Positions 38,941-51,177 of a stretch of DNA of 64,000 bases are shown one piece after another; position 1 is the stretch's first letter, and every line of letters starts with the position of its first letter. The translations under genes and the position numbers were made by a program. The DNA lies in the NCBI GenBank assembly GCA_013239625.1, contig MU053629.1:2135567-2199566 (forward strand). The letters are read 5' to 3'. The DNA comes from Lama guanicoe (Eukaryota). The notes below the pieces were generated by a model. It had not been told where the DNA came from. It did not search any database and worked only from the letters and a program-made list of their open reading frames with translations.

Positions 38941-39199
38941 CCAGGAAATAGAGTAGAATTCAAAATGTATTCTATGTAGTTGAGTCTTCATTTGGTTAGG
39001 AATACCTAGGGATATTGGGTAGCTGTTTACTTAAAGCAGCCAGAGTGAAAACCCCTTTTAGGAGGTGACATTTAGGCTGAAATTGAAAGATAAAAAGCTA
39101 GCCATGCAAAAATGAGGGTGGGTGCACCAGGAGGCATTCAAGGCAAGTGCAAAGGCCTGAAAGGGAGAGTGGGGTGAAAAAGTCTCTAAAGATAGAAAT

Positions 39200-39650
39200 G
39201 TCACCTTCTCAGTGAATATTCTAAAATTACATGCCTACACAAACTTTATATCCCCTCTTATTTTCTCCCTAACGCTTCTTATTGTCCCACAGACTATGTA
39301 ATTTATTTTGATTTTATCTGTCTCCCACACAATGGGATATAATGTCCATGAGGGCAGGGAGTTTTGTCTGATTTGTTTGTTGCTGTTCCTAGATCCTCTC
39401 TAGGCCATGGGGCTCCTTTCAGCAAATTAGAAAAAAATCTCCTTTCTAAGAGGTTGCATCCCCATGCCAGGGCAGGCAGCTTAGCTTGAATAGCATGATC
39501 TGGACTTCAGCCTCCTCCTGCTTCTTCAGCCAGGAGCCTTTATACAAGACATAACTGAACAGCCATTACATGACGGTCCTGTAGGCATCCGTAGTACCTA
39601 CAACAGAAGTGCCAGCATGTAGCAGGCACTGAATAAATATTTGTAGAATG
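39200..39650 (+). mobile_element. L2 3' end interrupted by MER91
   Basis: tccatgagggcagggagttttgtctg...gcaggcactgaataaatatttgtagaatg. Confidence 0.8.
39395..39581 (-). mobile_element. MER91-like hAT-Tip100 MITE
   Basis: gcaaattagaaaaaa...ccccatgccagggc...ctggacttcagcctcc...cggtcctg matches the reverse of the recalled consensus. Confidence 0.7.
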
Positions 39651-41653
39651 TTAGAATAGTTTAGAGTGAAGGGGTTTATGAGACGAGAAGATAGTCAGAA
39701 ACCAGATCTGGGAAGGACTTGTAAAGAAAAAAATTTTTTTAATTTAATAATCAGCAAAGACTACTCTTAATTGACTCTAATCTTCTGTATTTTTAATAAG
39801 CAGTGCAAGTAGTTCTGTAGTAGAGAAAGGCCTAGGCCAAGTTAGTTGAAATCCAGCTTTGAATACTCTTGGACCTTGGCCTTGGAAATCTGTCTCCTGC
39901 CTACTCTAGCCTTGTCTGTTTGCCATTGCATTTCGCCTGCGTACGTATTTTGTTTTATCATGTTATATATCAAGAGCTATGTGAGGGGCTTTGGGATAAG
40001 CTATATCTAAAATGATCATTTTTCTTGCAACCTCAGATCCAGACACAGTAGGATAGAACTTTTCAATCAGGGCTATTGCAGAAGACCCAGGACCTCTGAT
40101 CCTTATGATTGAGTAGTGACTGAGTGGAGAAATGAGGGTATCTGAAAATTATCCTGTTTAGGAACTTCTTATGTGAATTAGTCCAGACCATTCAGTTTTT
40201 CATAAGTTCCCACCCTCACCCCACAAAAAAACCCGCCAACCTTCACAGATGTAATTTAGGGCTCCCTGTTCACTGAGGAGATGACAGCTGGAATCTTGGC
40301 ACTAAATGACTGTTTGAGCTTTTGTTTCTCTCTCCTGCTGATGTTTTTTTGGCACCCAGGGCCACATTTGAGAGTTCACTTTCTCTCTAAGAGGTTTTTG
40401 TTGGCAGTTTGTATCTTACTGCCTTTCTCTTCTGTGATAGGCTAAGGATATATCATGAAAAAGAAGGAAACTTGCAGGAGTTTATTGATGGAGTTCCTGC
40501 CCCACTGTGCCCCAGGCCTAGGACGTGCATGCGTCTGATGAATCACTGCCGCTAGTATTCGGTATTTACTGATCTTCATATCCTAGTATTGTGCAAAAGC
40601 ACAGAATTTGTCCAAGGGACTTAATAGCTGAATAACCCACTTGATCTCTTGGCTTTCTCCCTCTCTCATCTTTGTTGGTGGCTACAGGGAGGAATATGGG
40701 AGGTATGAAACTGTAAGCAAGAGGAAATCTAGACTATGTAGCTTTATTGCTGCCTGGGAAGTGGCCTGGGAGTTCACATGCAAGGATTCGATGCTCTGTG
40801 CAGCTGCCATAAATAACCTGTTCTCACTGGGGTGAGGATGAAGTATTTCCACATGGTTGCTCAAGTCTCTTTTCTCTTTGCCCTGATGCTTTCTCTCTTT
40901 CATTAATTGCTTAGCAGTTGCTGATGCAATTAAAATGAGATGTATCTGCAGCCTCTGTGGTTTGCTGTCAGGGCCCTCTCTCTAAGGTCTTCATCTTGCT
41001 GCTAGGGATGGGTGAACACCTGATTTTGAAGCAAGAGGAGGCAGGGACCTGTGGCTACAGTTAAATGCGTTTTTCTAAAAGCAGCAGCTTTCAGAGCTAG
41101 ATTTCTCCTGACACTCTAATCATTTTACCAAGCCAAGCCTTAGTCCCTTGTGCTGCTCATTAATGGAGCCTATGTTTGGCAGCACAATATACAGAAATGA
41201 ATTCTGCTGAATTGCTTTTGTTGGTGATACAGAAAGTGCTTTTCATTTTTAAGTAGGTGAAAGCAAGATGGAAACAGCAGTCTCAAAGTGCAGAAGAGTC
41301 AAAACCTAATCCCCGGGTTTCTATGAAAAACAAGAACCTGGAGATGTTAAGAGCACTGGATTGCAACACTCAATTTGTTTGAGGTCACTGGGTAGAATAT
41401 ACACTACACCTGCTGTTATGTATGTCTCTCTACTGCCAGCATTTTCAGCCTGCCTCTGACTTCTCTTCCTTTTTGCTTATCTTCGAAATTACCAGGAAAA
41501 GCTCAGAGAATCTACCCATTTTCTACTCAGTTTCTGGTAGAGGAGGGTTGGTTAACTGCTCTTTACCAGTGGTGCTTGATAATCTTGCAGCAGGTGGGTT
41601 GTTGTGAGACATGAATTCTCTATCTGCTTACTTGCACCCCAGACTACTGTATC

Positions 41654-41817
41654 CTTTTTTTTTAATTGAAGTACGGTCAGTTACAGTGTGTCAATTTCTG
41701 GTGTACAGCACAATGTCCCAGTCATGCATATACATACATATATTCCATATATTCGTTTTCAGATTCTTTTTTAGTAAAGGTTAGCACAAGATATTGAACA
41801 TAGTTCCCTGTGCTATG
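41654..41817 (-). mobile_element. Short L1 3' tail
   Basis: tttttaattgaagtacggtcagttacagtgtgtcaatttctggtgtacagc...atagttccctgtgctat. Confidence 0.88.
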
Positions 41818-41859
41818 TATACGTTTGACATGTTCCAAGAGGAATCACACTGCCTACCA

Positions 41860-42045
41860 CGGTGATACTCAAACTTCAGCATGCATGAGAATCACCCGGA
41901 AAGCATGTTAAAACACAGATTTTTAGGCTGAATATACCAGAGATTCTGACTGAGTAAATCTGGGGTGAGGCTATTTGGCCTTTTTAAGAGTCCCCGGGAA
42001 ATGCTCATTCTCCCAATCTGGAGAACATGCTTAGAGTCGTACTGG
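41860..42045. mobile_element. MER5-like hAT MITE
   Basis: ctcaaacttcagcatgcatgagaatcacccgga...ccagagattctgactgagtaaatctggggtgagg. Confidence 0.8.
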
Positions 42046-43378
42046 CCTTTACACATAGCTAAGACTCAGTGTTTGTTGATTTGACTTGATTTTTCTAGTA
42101 GTTAGTTCTGTCTTAGGAGATGATTGATTCCAAAGATTTTTATATGCTTTTACCCTCTAATGTCTATTGAAATTATCTGAATTTCTGACTTTCAGCCACC
42201 CTCTGGCACAGCTCTCTTACCAGATCATCCACGTTTGTTGCTAGCTGTATATCTGTTAGGGTGCTTGATTCTGTTATGCAAATATGTAGTTACCTGGAAA
42301 CTTAATATTTTATATGTATTTATGATTAGACAACTGATCTGATATTATGTGCCTGGAAGACAGGTTTCAATTTTTTCCTAAGGTAGGAGAAATATGCCAC
42401 GTGTGTTTTTTTGTGAATTCTAATTTGTTAAAGTCCTTCACCCACCCTGATTTGGTCAGATCACATTCTGACCTGGCAGCAGAGATCATTACTATATTTT
42501 CTTTTTCATACGCCTTTTTTAGAACCGTTTTAGATTTACAAAAGAGTTGAGAAGACAGTATAGAAAATTCCCTTATATGCCTGTACCCAGTTTTCTTGTT
42601 AGTAAAATCCCGTATTATTAGATGACATCTGTTACAATGAATGAGCCAATATTGATTTATTATTATTAACAAAAGTTGGCTTCTTATTTAGATTAAGTTT
42701 TCCTTTTTCTGTTCCAGAGTCCCATCTAGAATACTACATTTCATTTAGTTGTCATATTTCTTTAGGCTTCTCTTGGTGGTAGCATTTTTTCAGACTTTCC
42801 CTGTTTTTGATGACTCTGACAGTTTTGAGGACTATACTGATCAGGTATTTTGTAGGAGGTCCCACTGTGGGAATTTATCCTGTTTTTCTCACGATAAAAC
42901 TAAGGTTATGAGTTGTTGGGAAGGTAACCACAGAGGTCAAGGGCCATTTTCATCATGTCATATCAAACATACATACTGTTAACAATTATGACCGTTGATG
43001 TTTAGCCTTGATCATCTGGCTGAGGGTTGTCAGGTTCTTCACTGTAATGTTACTTTCTTTTCTTCTTCTCTTCCCATATTGTACTCTCTGGAGGAAAGTC
43101 ACTAGGCATAGTCCACAGCCTAGCGGGTGGGAAGTTACACGTCCCCTCCTTGAGGGCTGAGTATCTACATAAGTAATTTGAAGTGTTCTGCATGGAAGAT
43201 TTGTCTCTTCTTTCCCTTTTATTTGTTTATCCAATTATTTATTTCTATCAGAATGGACTCATGGATATTTGTTTTATATTTTGGGTTAATATCTGATATT
43301 TATTTTGCTGCTCTAATTGTTAGAGCTTTGGTTATTAGGAGCACTATTAGTTGGTTTCCACATTCCTTTGACCTATTA

Positions 43379-43380
<2 letters not shown>

Positions 43381-43416
<36 letters not shown>
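43381..43416. repeat. (GT)18 microsatellite
   Basis: Direct reading. Confidence 0.97.
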
Positions 43417-43418
<2 letters not shown>

Positions 43419-43591
43419 GTCCCTGCGCATACAGGGTCATGCATTGTTATTTGAGCACTTCTTCACTCCCTGGTGCTGTAGGATGTGGTAGACTCATCTT
43501 ATATATTTCCTACCCCAGTCCTAGAATCAGCCATTTCTCCAAGGAGCCCTGATTCCTTTTATTAGAGAATGGTATTAAAAAATAAGATCTT

Positions 43592-43790
43592 GGGGGAGAG
43601 TATATAGCTCGATGGTAGAGCACATGCTTAGTATGCACAAGGTCCTGGGTTCGATCCCCAGTACCTCCATTTAAAAAAATTATATATATGATATGTATTT
43701 ATATAATAATTATATATACACATAAGTATATATAAATCCAGTTACCTCCTCCCCTCCCCCCCCAAAAAAAAACAAAAGAAAAGAAGATCT
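43592..43790 (+). mobile_element. Camelid tRNA-derived SINE, long form, with expanded (TA)-rich middle
   Basis: gggggagagtatatagctcgatggtagagcacatgcttagtatgcacaaggtcctgggttcgatccccagtacc; TSD-like aaaa(t/g)aagatct. Confidence 0.92.
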
Positions 43791-45059
43791 GGCACTAGTC
43801 ATTGCTCCTTACTACTGAAGTGGAGCTATTTTGTTTTAAACAAACATTATTCTCATTTTATATTTTTAATAGTAAATAAATTTGTTGTTGCTGTTAACTT
43901 TAAATAAATATAGTTCTTATAGAGGTTGAGACTACATTGTATGTAATCTACATTGATCCTTCAAATGCTTGTTAATATTTTACATACCCTTATGTAGCTA
44001 TATGAAGTTAATCAAATTTCTCCCAACCCTTAGTTTAAATCTCTCCTTTAGTCTGAGGGATTTTCCCAATGCTGAGCTTTGACTTACACATTTGAGAGTG
44101 CTGGGTTGATTGTAGACACTGATGAGCAAAAGACATCAGGAAACCAAGGGAAGGCTAGAATGTCCCCAACTTTGATTTTTCATTAAATGAAAATTTATGT
44201 AAATTTATTTCAGTTTTCATTAAGGGAGAAAAGGAGAGAGTTTCTTTCAACATCAGTGTTTTGGACATTAACACCTAGAGACTGGGTGTGGGGAGGGGAA
44301 GGAAGAAGAGGGGAGAAGCACAAATTGCCTATAACAATCAAATATGTATGACGCATTATGCTTATGAAATCTCTGGCAATGTGAATGTTTTGGAAACAGA
44401 CTGGGACTAGCAACCACTGAGGGAATTCTTTTGTTTCCTCAGAGATGCTACATCTTTGTTTTCTTGATACTGAATTCCCTTTTCCTATTCAAGGTTCTTA
44501 AATTACTTAGATTATTAAGATGCTGGGCAATATAACTGTGTGGAGGACTGCATGTTTACAAAAAGAAGGTTTTTACATTTTAGCAATGTAAACATAATGA
44601 TATAGCCACTTGAACCTTGCCAAAATTTGCAGTTTAATCTGCATTCCCAAGAAGCAAGCTGGCTTTACCCAACTGAGAAAACAAAAATACAAGAAGAATT
44701 ACTTGATATTTTTGAGAAATTAATAAAATTAAAGACTAATCAGGATTAAGCATCTTGAGAAACCAAAACCCCTGATTTGACTTCTTTTAGGTTGAATTTA
44801 TCTACTCCATTTACATTAGAACATACAGATATAAATATGGTTTTTGTTATGAATAATAATTAACATTTATTCAGTGTCTACTTGCTGCCAATTTCATGAG
44901 GCTTTCTTTAAACATTAACAGGCTAGCTTAAATGTATTATAAATTCTGACACAGACTTCTGTAGTCATGTGTTTCTCAGTTCCTATATCAATTCACAATT
45001 AATCATCAGATTTAGTTCTAAAAGTTAAAAAGAAAGTCAGTACACATCATTGTCAGAAA

Positions 45060-45980
45060 TTGTATCCAACAACAGGGCCTAGAATTTTTTTTTTAATTCA
45101 GCCAAACTATCAACCATGTCTGAAAAGTAAACTTGCAATGTCTCAGAAGTTTTACTTCATTCCCATACACCATTCTAGAAATCTACTGGAAGATGTTCTC
45201 CACCAAATAAGATTATAAATCAAGAAAAAGGAAGAGATGTGATAGAGGAAACAAAAGGTCCAATAAACAAGAAAGACTAGGGGATTCCTCAGAATAGTGA
45301 GTAGAGATTTCATGTAGTTTACCAGCACTGAGAGGGCACCCAGGCCAGATTGGAGAAGGTTCAAAGCTTCCAAAAGAGACTCCTTTAAGAAGATGAGATA
45401 TAATACTTGATGGGTCTGAATGTCTTGAGAGGAAATTTAAACAACTGGCAAAGATTTGAGGGGGCAAAATATTGATAAATCCATATAGAAGTCTAAGCAA
45501 ATGAATAAAAAAAATAGTATCTAAAGGGGAAAAAAAAAAGTTGTACAGGAAAGGAAAAGAAATCATGGTTTACCCTATGGCTCAAGTGTGAATAGGCTTA
45601 TGTAGTTATTACAATATTCACTGAATACTGAACTAGTCAAATTATAGTATCATTATAAAGAATAGCTGGGAAGATAGAAAGCATACATGTGTATGATGGG
45701 TACAAAAAGAAGAAAAGAGGTCTAAATTACCGTCTTCCAAAGGGTGAATGGATAATTCCCAAAGGTGAAAAATCAAGAGGTAGCAACAAAGCAGGTCATT
45801 TAGAAACATGGAGATCACTTCCAAAGTAGTTACCTAAAAGATGTGCAAGTGGTTTGCCTCTTGGGGGTGTTAGAAGTGGGACAGCAACAAGGGTAAGGAC
45901 AACTGTTTGTTTGTTTTAACTTTGTAGAACTCTTAACTCTTTAAACAATGTATATATTTAACTTTAATCTTTAAAAAATA
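45060..45980 (+). mobile_element. HAL1-like (half-L1) element, 3' part
   Basis: ttcagccaaactatcaa...ctactggaagatgttctccaccaaa...ccagattggag matches recalled HAL1. Confidence 0.7.
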
Positions 45981-46109
45981 GTTATGTGCCTAGAAGGAAA
46001 ATGTTAAAGGGAAGAATTTTAATGCAGTTAGTTATTCTCTAAACAATAATTTTTAGTATGGTAAAAATCCTGATTTAGTACATAGATCTTTGTCCACATT
46101 TCTGATTTA

Positions 46110-46650
46110 TCAGTTAATATGCTTTTGGAAGCAAGTAGCAGAAAACTCTGTTTTTCTTTTTATTTATTTTATTTAAAATTTTTTATTTATTTATTTTTTT
46201 AGTGGAAGTACTGGGAATTGAACCCAGGACCTTATGCATGCTAAGCACGCACTTTACCGCTGAGCTATACCCTCCCCTGGAAAACTGTTTTTATTAAATG
46301 GCATTAGGAAATTTCTTATCACTCATAACAAAATTTCAGAAGTAGGTCAGGTTTGGGTTTTTTGTTTGTTTGTTTTGGATAATATGATGACTCCAGCTTT
46401 GTAAGGATTTTATCCAAATACCACAACTTGAGGTTAAGAAAGGAAATCTGCTTCTATGCCTTAGTAGCCAGGAAGCCTTTCCCAGAAGCTCCCAGCAGAC
46501 TTTTATTCTCACATCTCTTTGCCCATAACTGGGTCATAAGCCCTCTTTTAAACTAGTCACTGACAGTGAGAGTGATATTTTAATGATTATCTTAGACTTA
46601 ACTGTCTCAGGTGATGGATGTTGGGAGCCAACCAGAATGTCTACTGCCTA
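46110..46650 (-). mobile_element. Old MaLR LTR (MLT1J/K/L-like) interrupted by a SINE
   Basis: tcagttaatatgcttttggaagcaagtagcagaaaact...tttcccagaagctcccagcagact...aactgggtcata. Confidence 0.6.
46155..46278 (-). mobile_element. Camelid tRNA-derived SINE
   Basis: gtactgggaattgaacccaggacc...gagctataccctcccc; imperfect TSD gaaaact(ct)gttttt. Confidence 0.92.
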
Positions 46651-46685
46651 TTAAAGTACTTTTTAAAAAACTCTCTCCTCTTGCA

Positions 46686-46790
46686 GGGAGGGTATAGCTC
46701 AGTGGTAGAGTGTGGGCTTAGTATGCATGAGAACCTTCCTGGGTTCAATCCCCAGTAACTCCATTAAAAAAAAAAAAGAAGAGGAAGAAG
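46686..46790 (+). mobile_element. Camelid tRNA-derived SINE
   Basis: gggagggtatagctcagtggtagag...gggttcaatccccagt plus poly(A). Confidence 0.92.
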
Positions 46791-47087
46791 CTCTTTCAAG
46801 AAGGTTTACCCTATAGTTAAAGGTAGAAAGAAAATGAGTGGATAAAACAACTGATCATCAATATGGACAGTGCCACAGGTACTCAGTCAGTATTCGTTGA
46901 ATGAATTAAGTGAATGTAAGTAAAATGTTTTGACATAGATATAAGTGCTTTAGGAGTTCTAAATAAGGGTAAAATACATGAAAATAGTTTAGTAACTCGA
47001 TCAGGAAGCTTCTTAAAGAAGACTCAAACTACTGTTTATTCATCAGCTAGTCACAGTGCTGTCCTACTAGAATAAATATACTTTTGT

Positions 47088-47231
47088 CCAGTGGTGTGCT
47101 GGTAAATATTTAACCAGCTTGGAGAAGGGGATTGGGCTTTTTGCAGTATTTACCAATTTCCATCGTGTAAATAATCTTACTCTGGCCAATTTTAATCTAT
47201 TGGCATGGAGTCAGCTGCCTTGCACACCACT
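47088..47231. mobile_element. MER63-like hAT MITE
   Basis: Terminal inverted repeats cagtggtgtgc and gcacaccact; internal ccaatttccatcgtgtaaata. Confidence 0.75.
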
Positions 47232-47489
47232 CCTTCTAAGACCATTTTTAAAATTTCTAATTAATCTACTGAGATCACATATTGATAAAAGCAGCCCTTC
47301 ACTTTTTAGCCTTGTAGATATCAGTAATAAAACCTAGATTACCAGTATAAGGTAAATGATTTTGGTGTTTTGGACAGTGATGTATTAGAGAAGTAATTTT
47401 AAGGTAATATTAAACACTGGTCTTTGTAGACATTGATAAATGAAAAAAGACTTACTGTTAACTTTAGGTAGTATGGGGAAAAGGTACTA

Positions 47490-47930
47490 GTTCAGTTTTT
47501 ATGGAGCACCCACTATGTGCTCAGCGCTATAAAAACAAAAGTAAATAAGACTAGAATCTCAAGGGCCTCTCTCTTCAGTCTATTAGGAAGACAAAAAATT
47601 ATCAACAGATCACTTCTTGAGCTTTAAAGTACCATAAGACGAAAGAGAAGTCTGTTGAATTTGGGGACATCATGGAAGAGAGTGTTTGAATTATATCTTG
47701 AAAAGAAATAGGGCATTTGCACTGAAGAAATGAAAGGAGGCAGTAAGAATAACATGCTCCTAATCGAACATGTTCTGTACTTTTTTGTGTGTAATGGTGC
47801 AGGTAAAGCCCAGGGTGGATGAAATATAGAGAAAGGAAAAGAAAAATAAGCCAAGGCTAGATTGTGAAAGGCCTTAAGTCATATTAATGGAGTTTGGATT
47901 TCCTTATAATTAAATAGGAAACTTCTTAAT
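47490..47930 (-). mobile_element. L2 fragment
   Basis: tttatggagcacccactatgtgctcagcgcta...aggctagattgtgaaaggcctt. Confidence 0.65.
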
Positions 47931-48609
47931 ATAAATAAGATTTTAGTACAGAAGTTTCTGTTTCCTCATATCTTTAACCAAACTGAGTGTTATGATTGTT
48001 TATAATTATGCTAATTAATGGGGAGATGCTTTGTCATTTTAATTTGTGCCTTCCTAATTATTAGTGTGGTTGAGTGTTATTTTTAAAATGTATCTATTGG
48101 TCTTTTGTATTTCTTCTGTGTATTACTTGTTCATATCCTTTAGACATTTTTCCATTGCATTGTTTGGTTTTCTTAATGATTTGTAGGAACAATTTTTATA
48201 AACTATTGATATGACTCATTTTAAGGCTTTTTAAAGACTATCATTCTAGCCTTTATGGTGGATGGGTTGAGAAAAGGAGAGACTATTGTCAGTTTAGCCA
48301 ATTGAGAGATACTATAATAATGTATAGCTATAGACCAGAGATGATGTGGAGTTGAACTGTGGCAGTGGGGGGAGAGGGAGGCAGATTAGAAATCAAGCTG
48401 CCAGCCCATGACTTCGTAGTGGAGCTTGGATTAAATGTCAGTACAGCTATTTCAGTGATTTTTCTAGAATACCCATTGTCTCTTTTACTCTCCTTTTCTT
48501 CTGATTCTATGAAAGAAAAATAAGAGTTTTACACAACACTGTCTACAGTAAGGTTGAAATGAACTGAGGCCCTAATGTAAGAATCCTGTATGTAAGAGCG
48601 AAAATACAA

Positions 48610-48722
48610 GGGGGGAGGGTATAGCTCAGTGGTGGAGGTCCTGGGCTCAATCCCCAGTACCTCAATTAAAGTAAATAAGTAAATAAATAAACTTAATTAC
48701 CTCCCCAAACAAAACAAAAAAG
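48610..48722 (+). mobile_element. Camelid tRNA-derived SINE lacking the anticodon arm
   Basis: ggggagggtatagctcagtggtggaggtcctgggctcaatccccagtacc plus (TAAA)n and cttaattacctcccc. Confidence 0.9.
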
Positions 48723-49092
48723 AGAAAATATAGATGAATATTATTTATTGATACTCAGGATATGACTGACTTTGTAAGCATGAATGCTAAAGGAAGAAAT
48801 ATAAAGGAAATGACAAGTTTTTACTAAATAACAATTTTAAATTTCCTTGTATCAAAAAAATTCATAAACATCTCCACAGGATCCTGCTTCACTGCAGTCC
48901 TCTCAAACCATATGTGTCCTGTTCCTCATGTTCCTCATACCAGTGGACCTAAAAGTAGAATCTTCTTTTTTCTTTCTTGCCACTTGCAGATCATCCTCTC
49001 TCCTTTTTCTCTAAAACCTCCTGGGTTTGTAAGCATTGTCGTTTGTCTATTTTAGTAATTTTATAGACTCTGAGTTACTTCCCCTCATTCTT

Positions 49093-50783
49093 TAATTGGA
49101 ATGTTTAATTTGTTTATATTTAATATAATTACTGATAAAATTTATATCTGCTGTTTATTTTTTGTATGTCTTATGTCTTTCTTGTTCCTATATTCCCCAC
49201 AACTTCTGTGTTGAGTGGAGATATTCTACTGTACCATTTTAATTCTCTTGTTGTTTCTTTTAACATAATATTTAGAGTTATTTTCTTAGTGGTTGCCCCA
49301 GGAATTACAATTACCATTTTAATTCATAATAATCTAATTTGAATGAATGCCCATTTAATTTCAGTAGTATGCAAAAATTGTAGGTGTGATAGGCAGAATA
49401 ATGATCCCCTAAAAAAATCAGTGTCCTAAGCCCTGGAACCTGTGAATGTTACCCTGCATAGCAGAAGGGATTTTCTAGACGTGATTTACTTAAGATTTTG
49501 AGATGGAGAGATTAGCCTTAATTATCCAAATGGGCCCAGTGTAATTAATCATAAGGGTCTTTATAAGGGAAAGAGGGAGGCAGGAAAGTAAGAGTTAGAG
49601 ATTTAAAGATTCTGTGCTTTTGGCTTTGAAAAACTGGACGAGGGGGCCACGAGCTGAGGAATGCAGGCAGCCTCTAAAAGCTGGAAAAAGCAAGAAAAAA
49701 TAGTTTCCCCTAGAGCTTCTACAAAGAAATATAGCCCTGCCAACATCTTGATTTTAGCCCAGTGAGAAGTTTCTCAGACTTGCAACCTCCAGGACTATAA
49801 ACTTATGTTGTTTTAAGCCTCTAAATTTGTGCTACTACATTGCAGCAGCAATAGGAAACTAATACAACTATGGATTCAAGTTACTGCCTAGTGTCCTTTC
49901 ATTTTAACCTGAAGGATCCCCTTGAAAATATTTCTTGAAGGGCAGGTCTGCTAGCAATGAATTCTCTGTTTTTGTTTACCTGGGAATACCTTAATTTCTC
50001 CTAGTTTTTTTAGAATAATTTTGGTGGATATAGAATTCAACAGGCAACTCTATTTTAGTCTTCACTTTCTGCTTGTGCAGAGCCTCAAGGTCAACCAGAA
50101 GTGAGAGCCGAGAGCCTTCTCAGGCCTCTCTTGAGCATTGTGCTCAGCCCTGGGCTTGTGTGTGGCCTTCTAGATTCCCAGGAATACATCAGAGCTTTTC
50201 AAAGCCCCTGTGGCAACTGCTTCCCTAGCTTTCATTTTAAATTTTTTGGTTAGTCTGTTACTTGCCTCAACCGTTATCGACTGTCTTAGGCAACCACAAA
50301 GTTAAATATTTGCCTGTGAATATTTTTGCCCAGTGCTACCATCCCCAGGGAAAAGGCTTTTCACATTGTGCAAGCTCTGAGTTTGGTCAAATATGGACAA
50401 CCTTGCAGATGTGGTCTTTGGGAAGCCACTAGAAAGGTCAAATAATGACAGTTCTTTGGGAGTGAAGCTGAGAAGGCATCCCATCCCTGTTCTGCCCCTT
50501 CCAGTGGCTATCAGGCCGCTACTTTCCACTATGATTGTAAGCTGTTTATTTTCTGAGCAGAGGATGGGAATAGAGCAAGTTAAGATGCCACAAAGGTCAC
50601 TGTTTTTATTGAGATTCAGCTTATTTCTTGAATAAATGTTTCCCAGATTGCTACAAGCCTTTGGTTAATTTCCAGAATTCTGAGAAACTTGAGTCTGACC
50701 TTTTTTTTTTTTCTCCAGTTTTCTTACTTCTTTTATGGAGGAGAGGCTTTTCAGAGATCTCTGCCATTTTTGCTCATGTGTTT
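49093..50783 (-). mobile_element. L1M 5'-part insertion (5'UTR, ORF1 end, ORF2 start) inside L2
   Basis: Minus strand reads ILYPPKLF...KQREFIASRPALQEI (ORF1 end) and SVIILNINKLNIPIK (ORF2 start); flanked by cctcattctt twice. Confidence 0.75.
49385..49866 (+). mobile_element. MLT1D-like MaLR solo LTR
   Basis: tgtgataggcagaataatg...ccctggaacctgtgaatgttacc...gcagcaataggaaactaataca. Confidence 0.92.
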
Positions 50784-50999
50784 CCTCATTCTTGAAGAGT
50801 TTTAGTTCCTGGCTCACATATGCTTTCTCCAACACTACTTCTGGCTTAATTCTTGGTAAATTCACTGTCCTTATTAATGATCTTGCCAACACTTTTGCTT
50901 CTTAGTTCCTTGACCCCATCTCTCCCAGTGGTTTTGTTCTCCATCCCGTCTCAGCTGCTAATCACATGGTCATATCCTCAACCAGTGCCCCTCCCAAAC

Positions 51000-51177
51000 T
51001 GTGTATTTTTGTAAATAAAATTTGTTTAAATACAGCTTTGCTCCTTAATTGATGTATTGTCTGCAGCTGCTTTCGTACTACCATGGCAGACTTGAGTATT
51101 GCAGCAGAGACAATTGGCTCTCAAAGTCTAAAATATTTACTGTCTGACCCTTTACAGAAAAAGTTTGCTGGCTCCTG
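51000..51177 (+). mobile_element. MER58A-like hAT MITE, partial
   Basis: tttttgtaaataaaattt...aaaatatttactgtctgaccctttacagaaaaagtttgctggctcctg. Confidence 0.85.

Larger units (their letters stand above)
42510..43820 (-). mobile_element. L1MC4-like 3' region containing (GT)n and a SINE
   Basis: Colinear with 5832-6535; extends to ccccagtcctagaatcagccatttctccaaggagccc. Confidence 0.85.

Noticed and set aside
40536..40632. Possible C/D-box snoRNA (CTGATGA...CTGA...CTGA) with a CGGTATTTA element that may pair with a recalled 28S segment
   Set aside because: The C box is non-canonical, there is no terminal stem, and a 9-10 nt match recalled from memory is within chance. A snoscan or Rfam search would be needed.
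41268..41385. Short ATG-initiated ORFs (METAVSKCRRVKT*, MKNKNLEML...)
   Set aside because: Too short, unrecognised and without a convincing splice donor.
42266..42280. 14-mer tgattctgttatgc shared with 6532-6545
   Set aside because: An isolated short match, expected by chance in 64 kb of AT-rich DNA.
46686..46765. tRNA-like sequences (also at 25429, 43592, 46155, 55891, 61666)
   Set aside because: They have A/B boxes, but also poly(A) tails, TSDs, divergence between copies and no proper acceptor stem, so they are SINE heads rather than tRNA genes.
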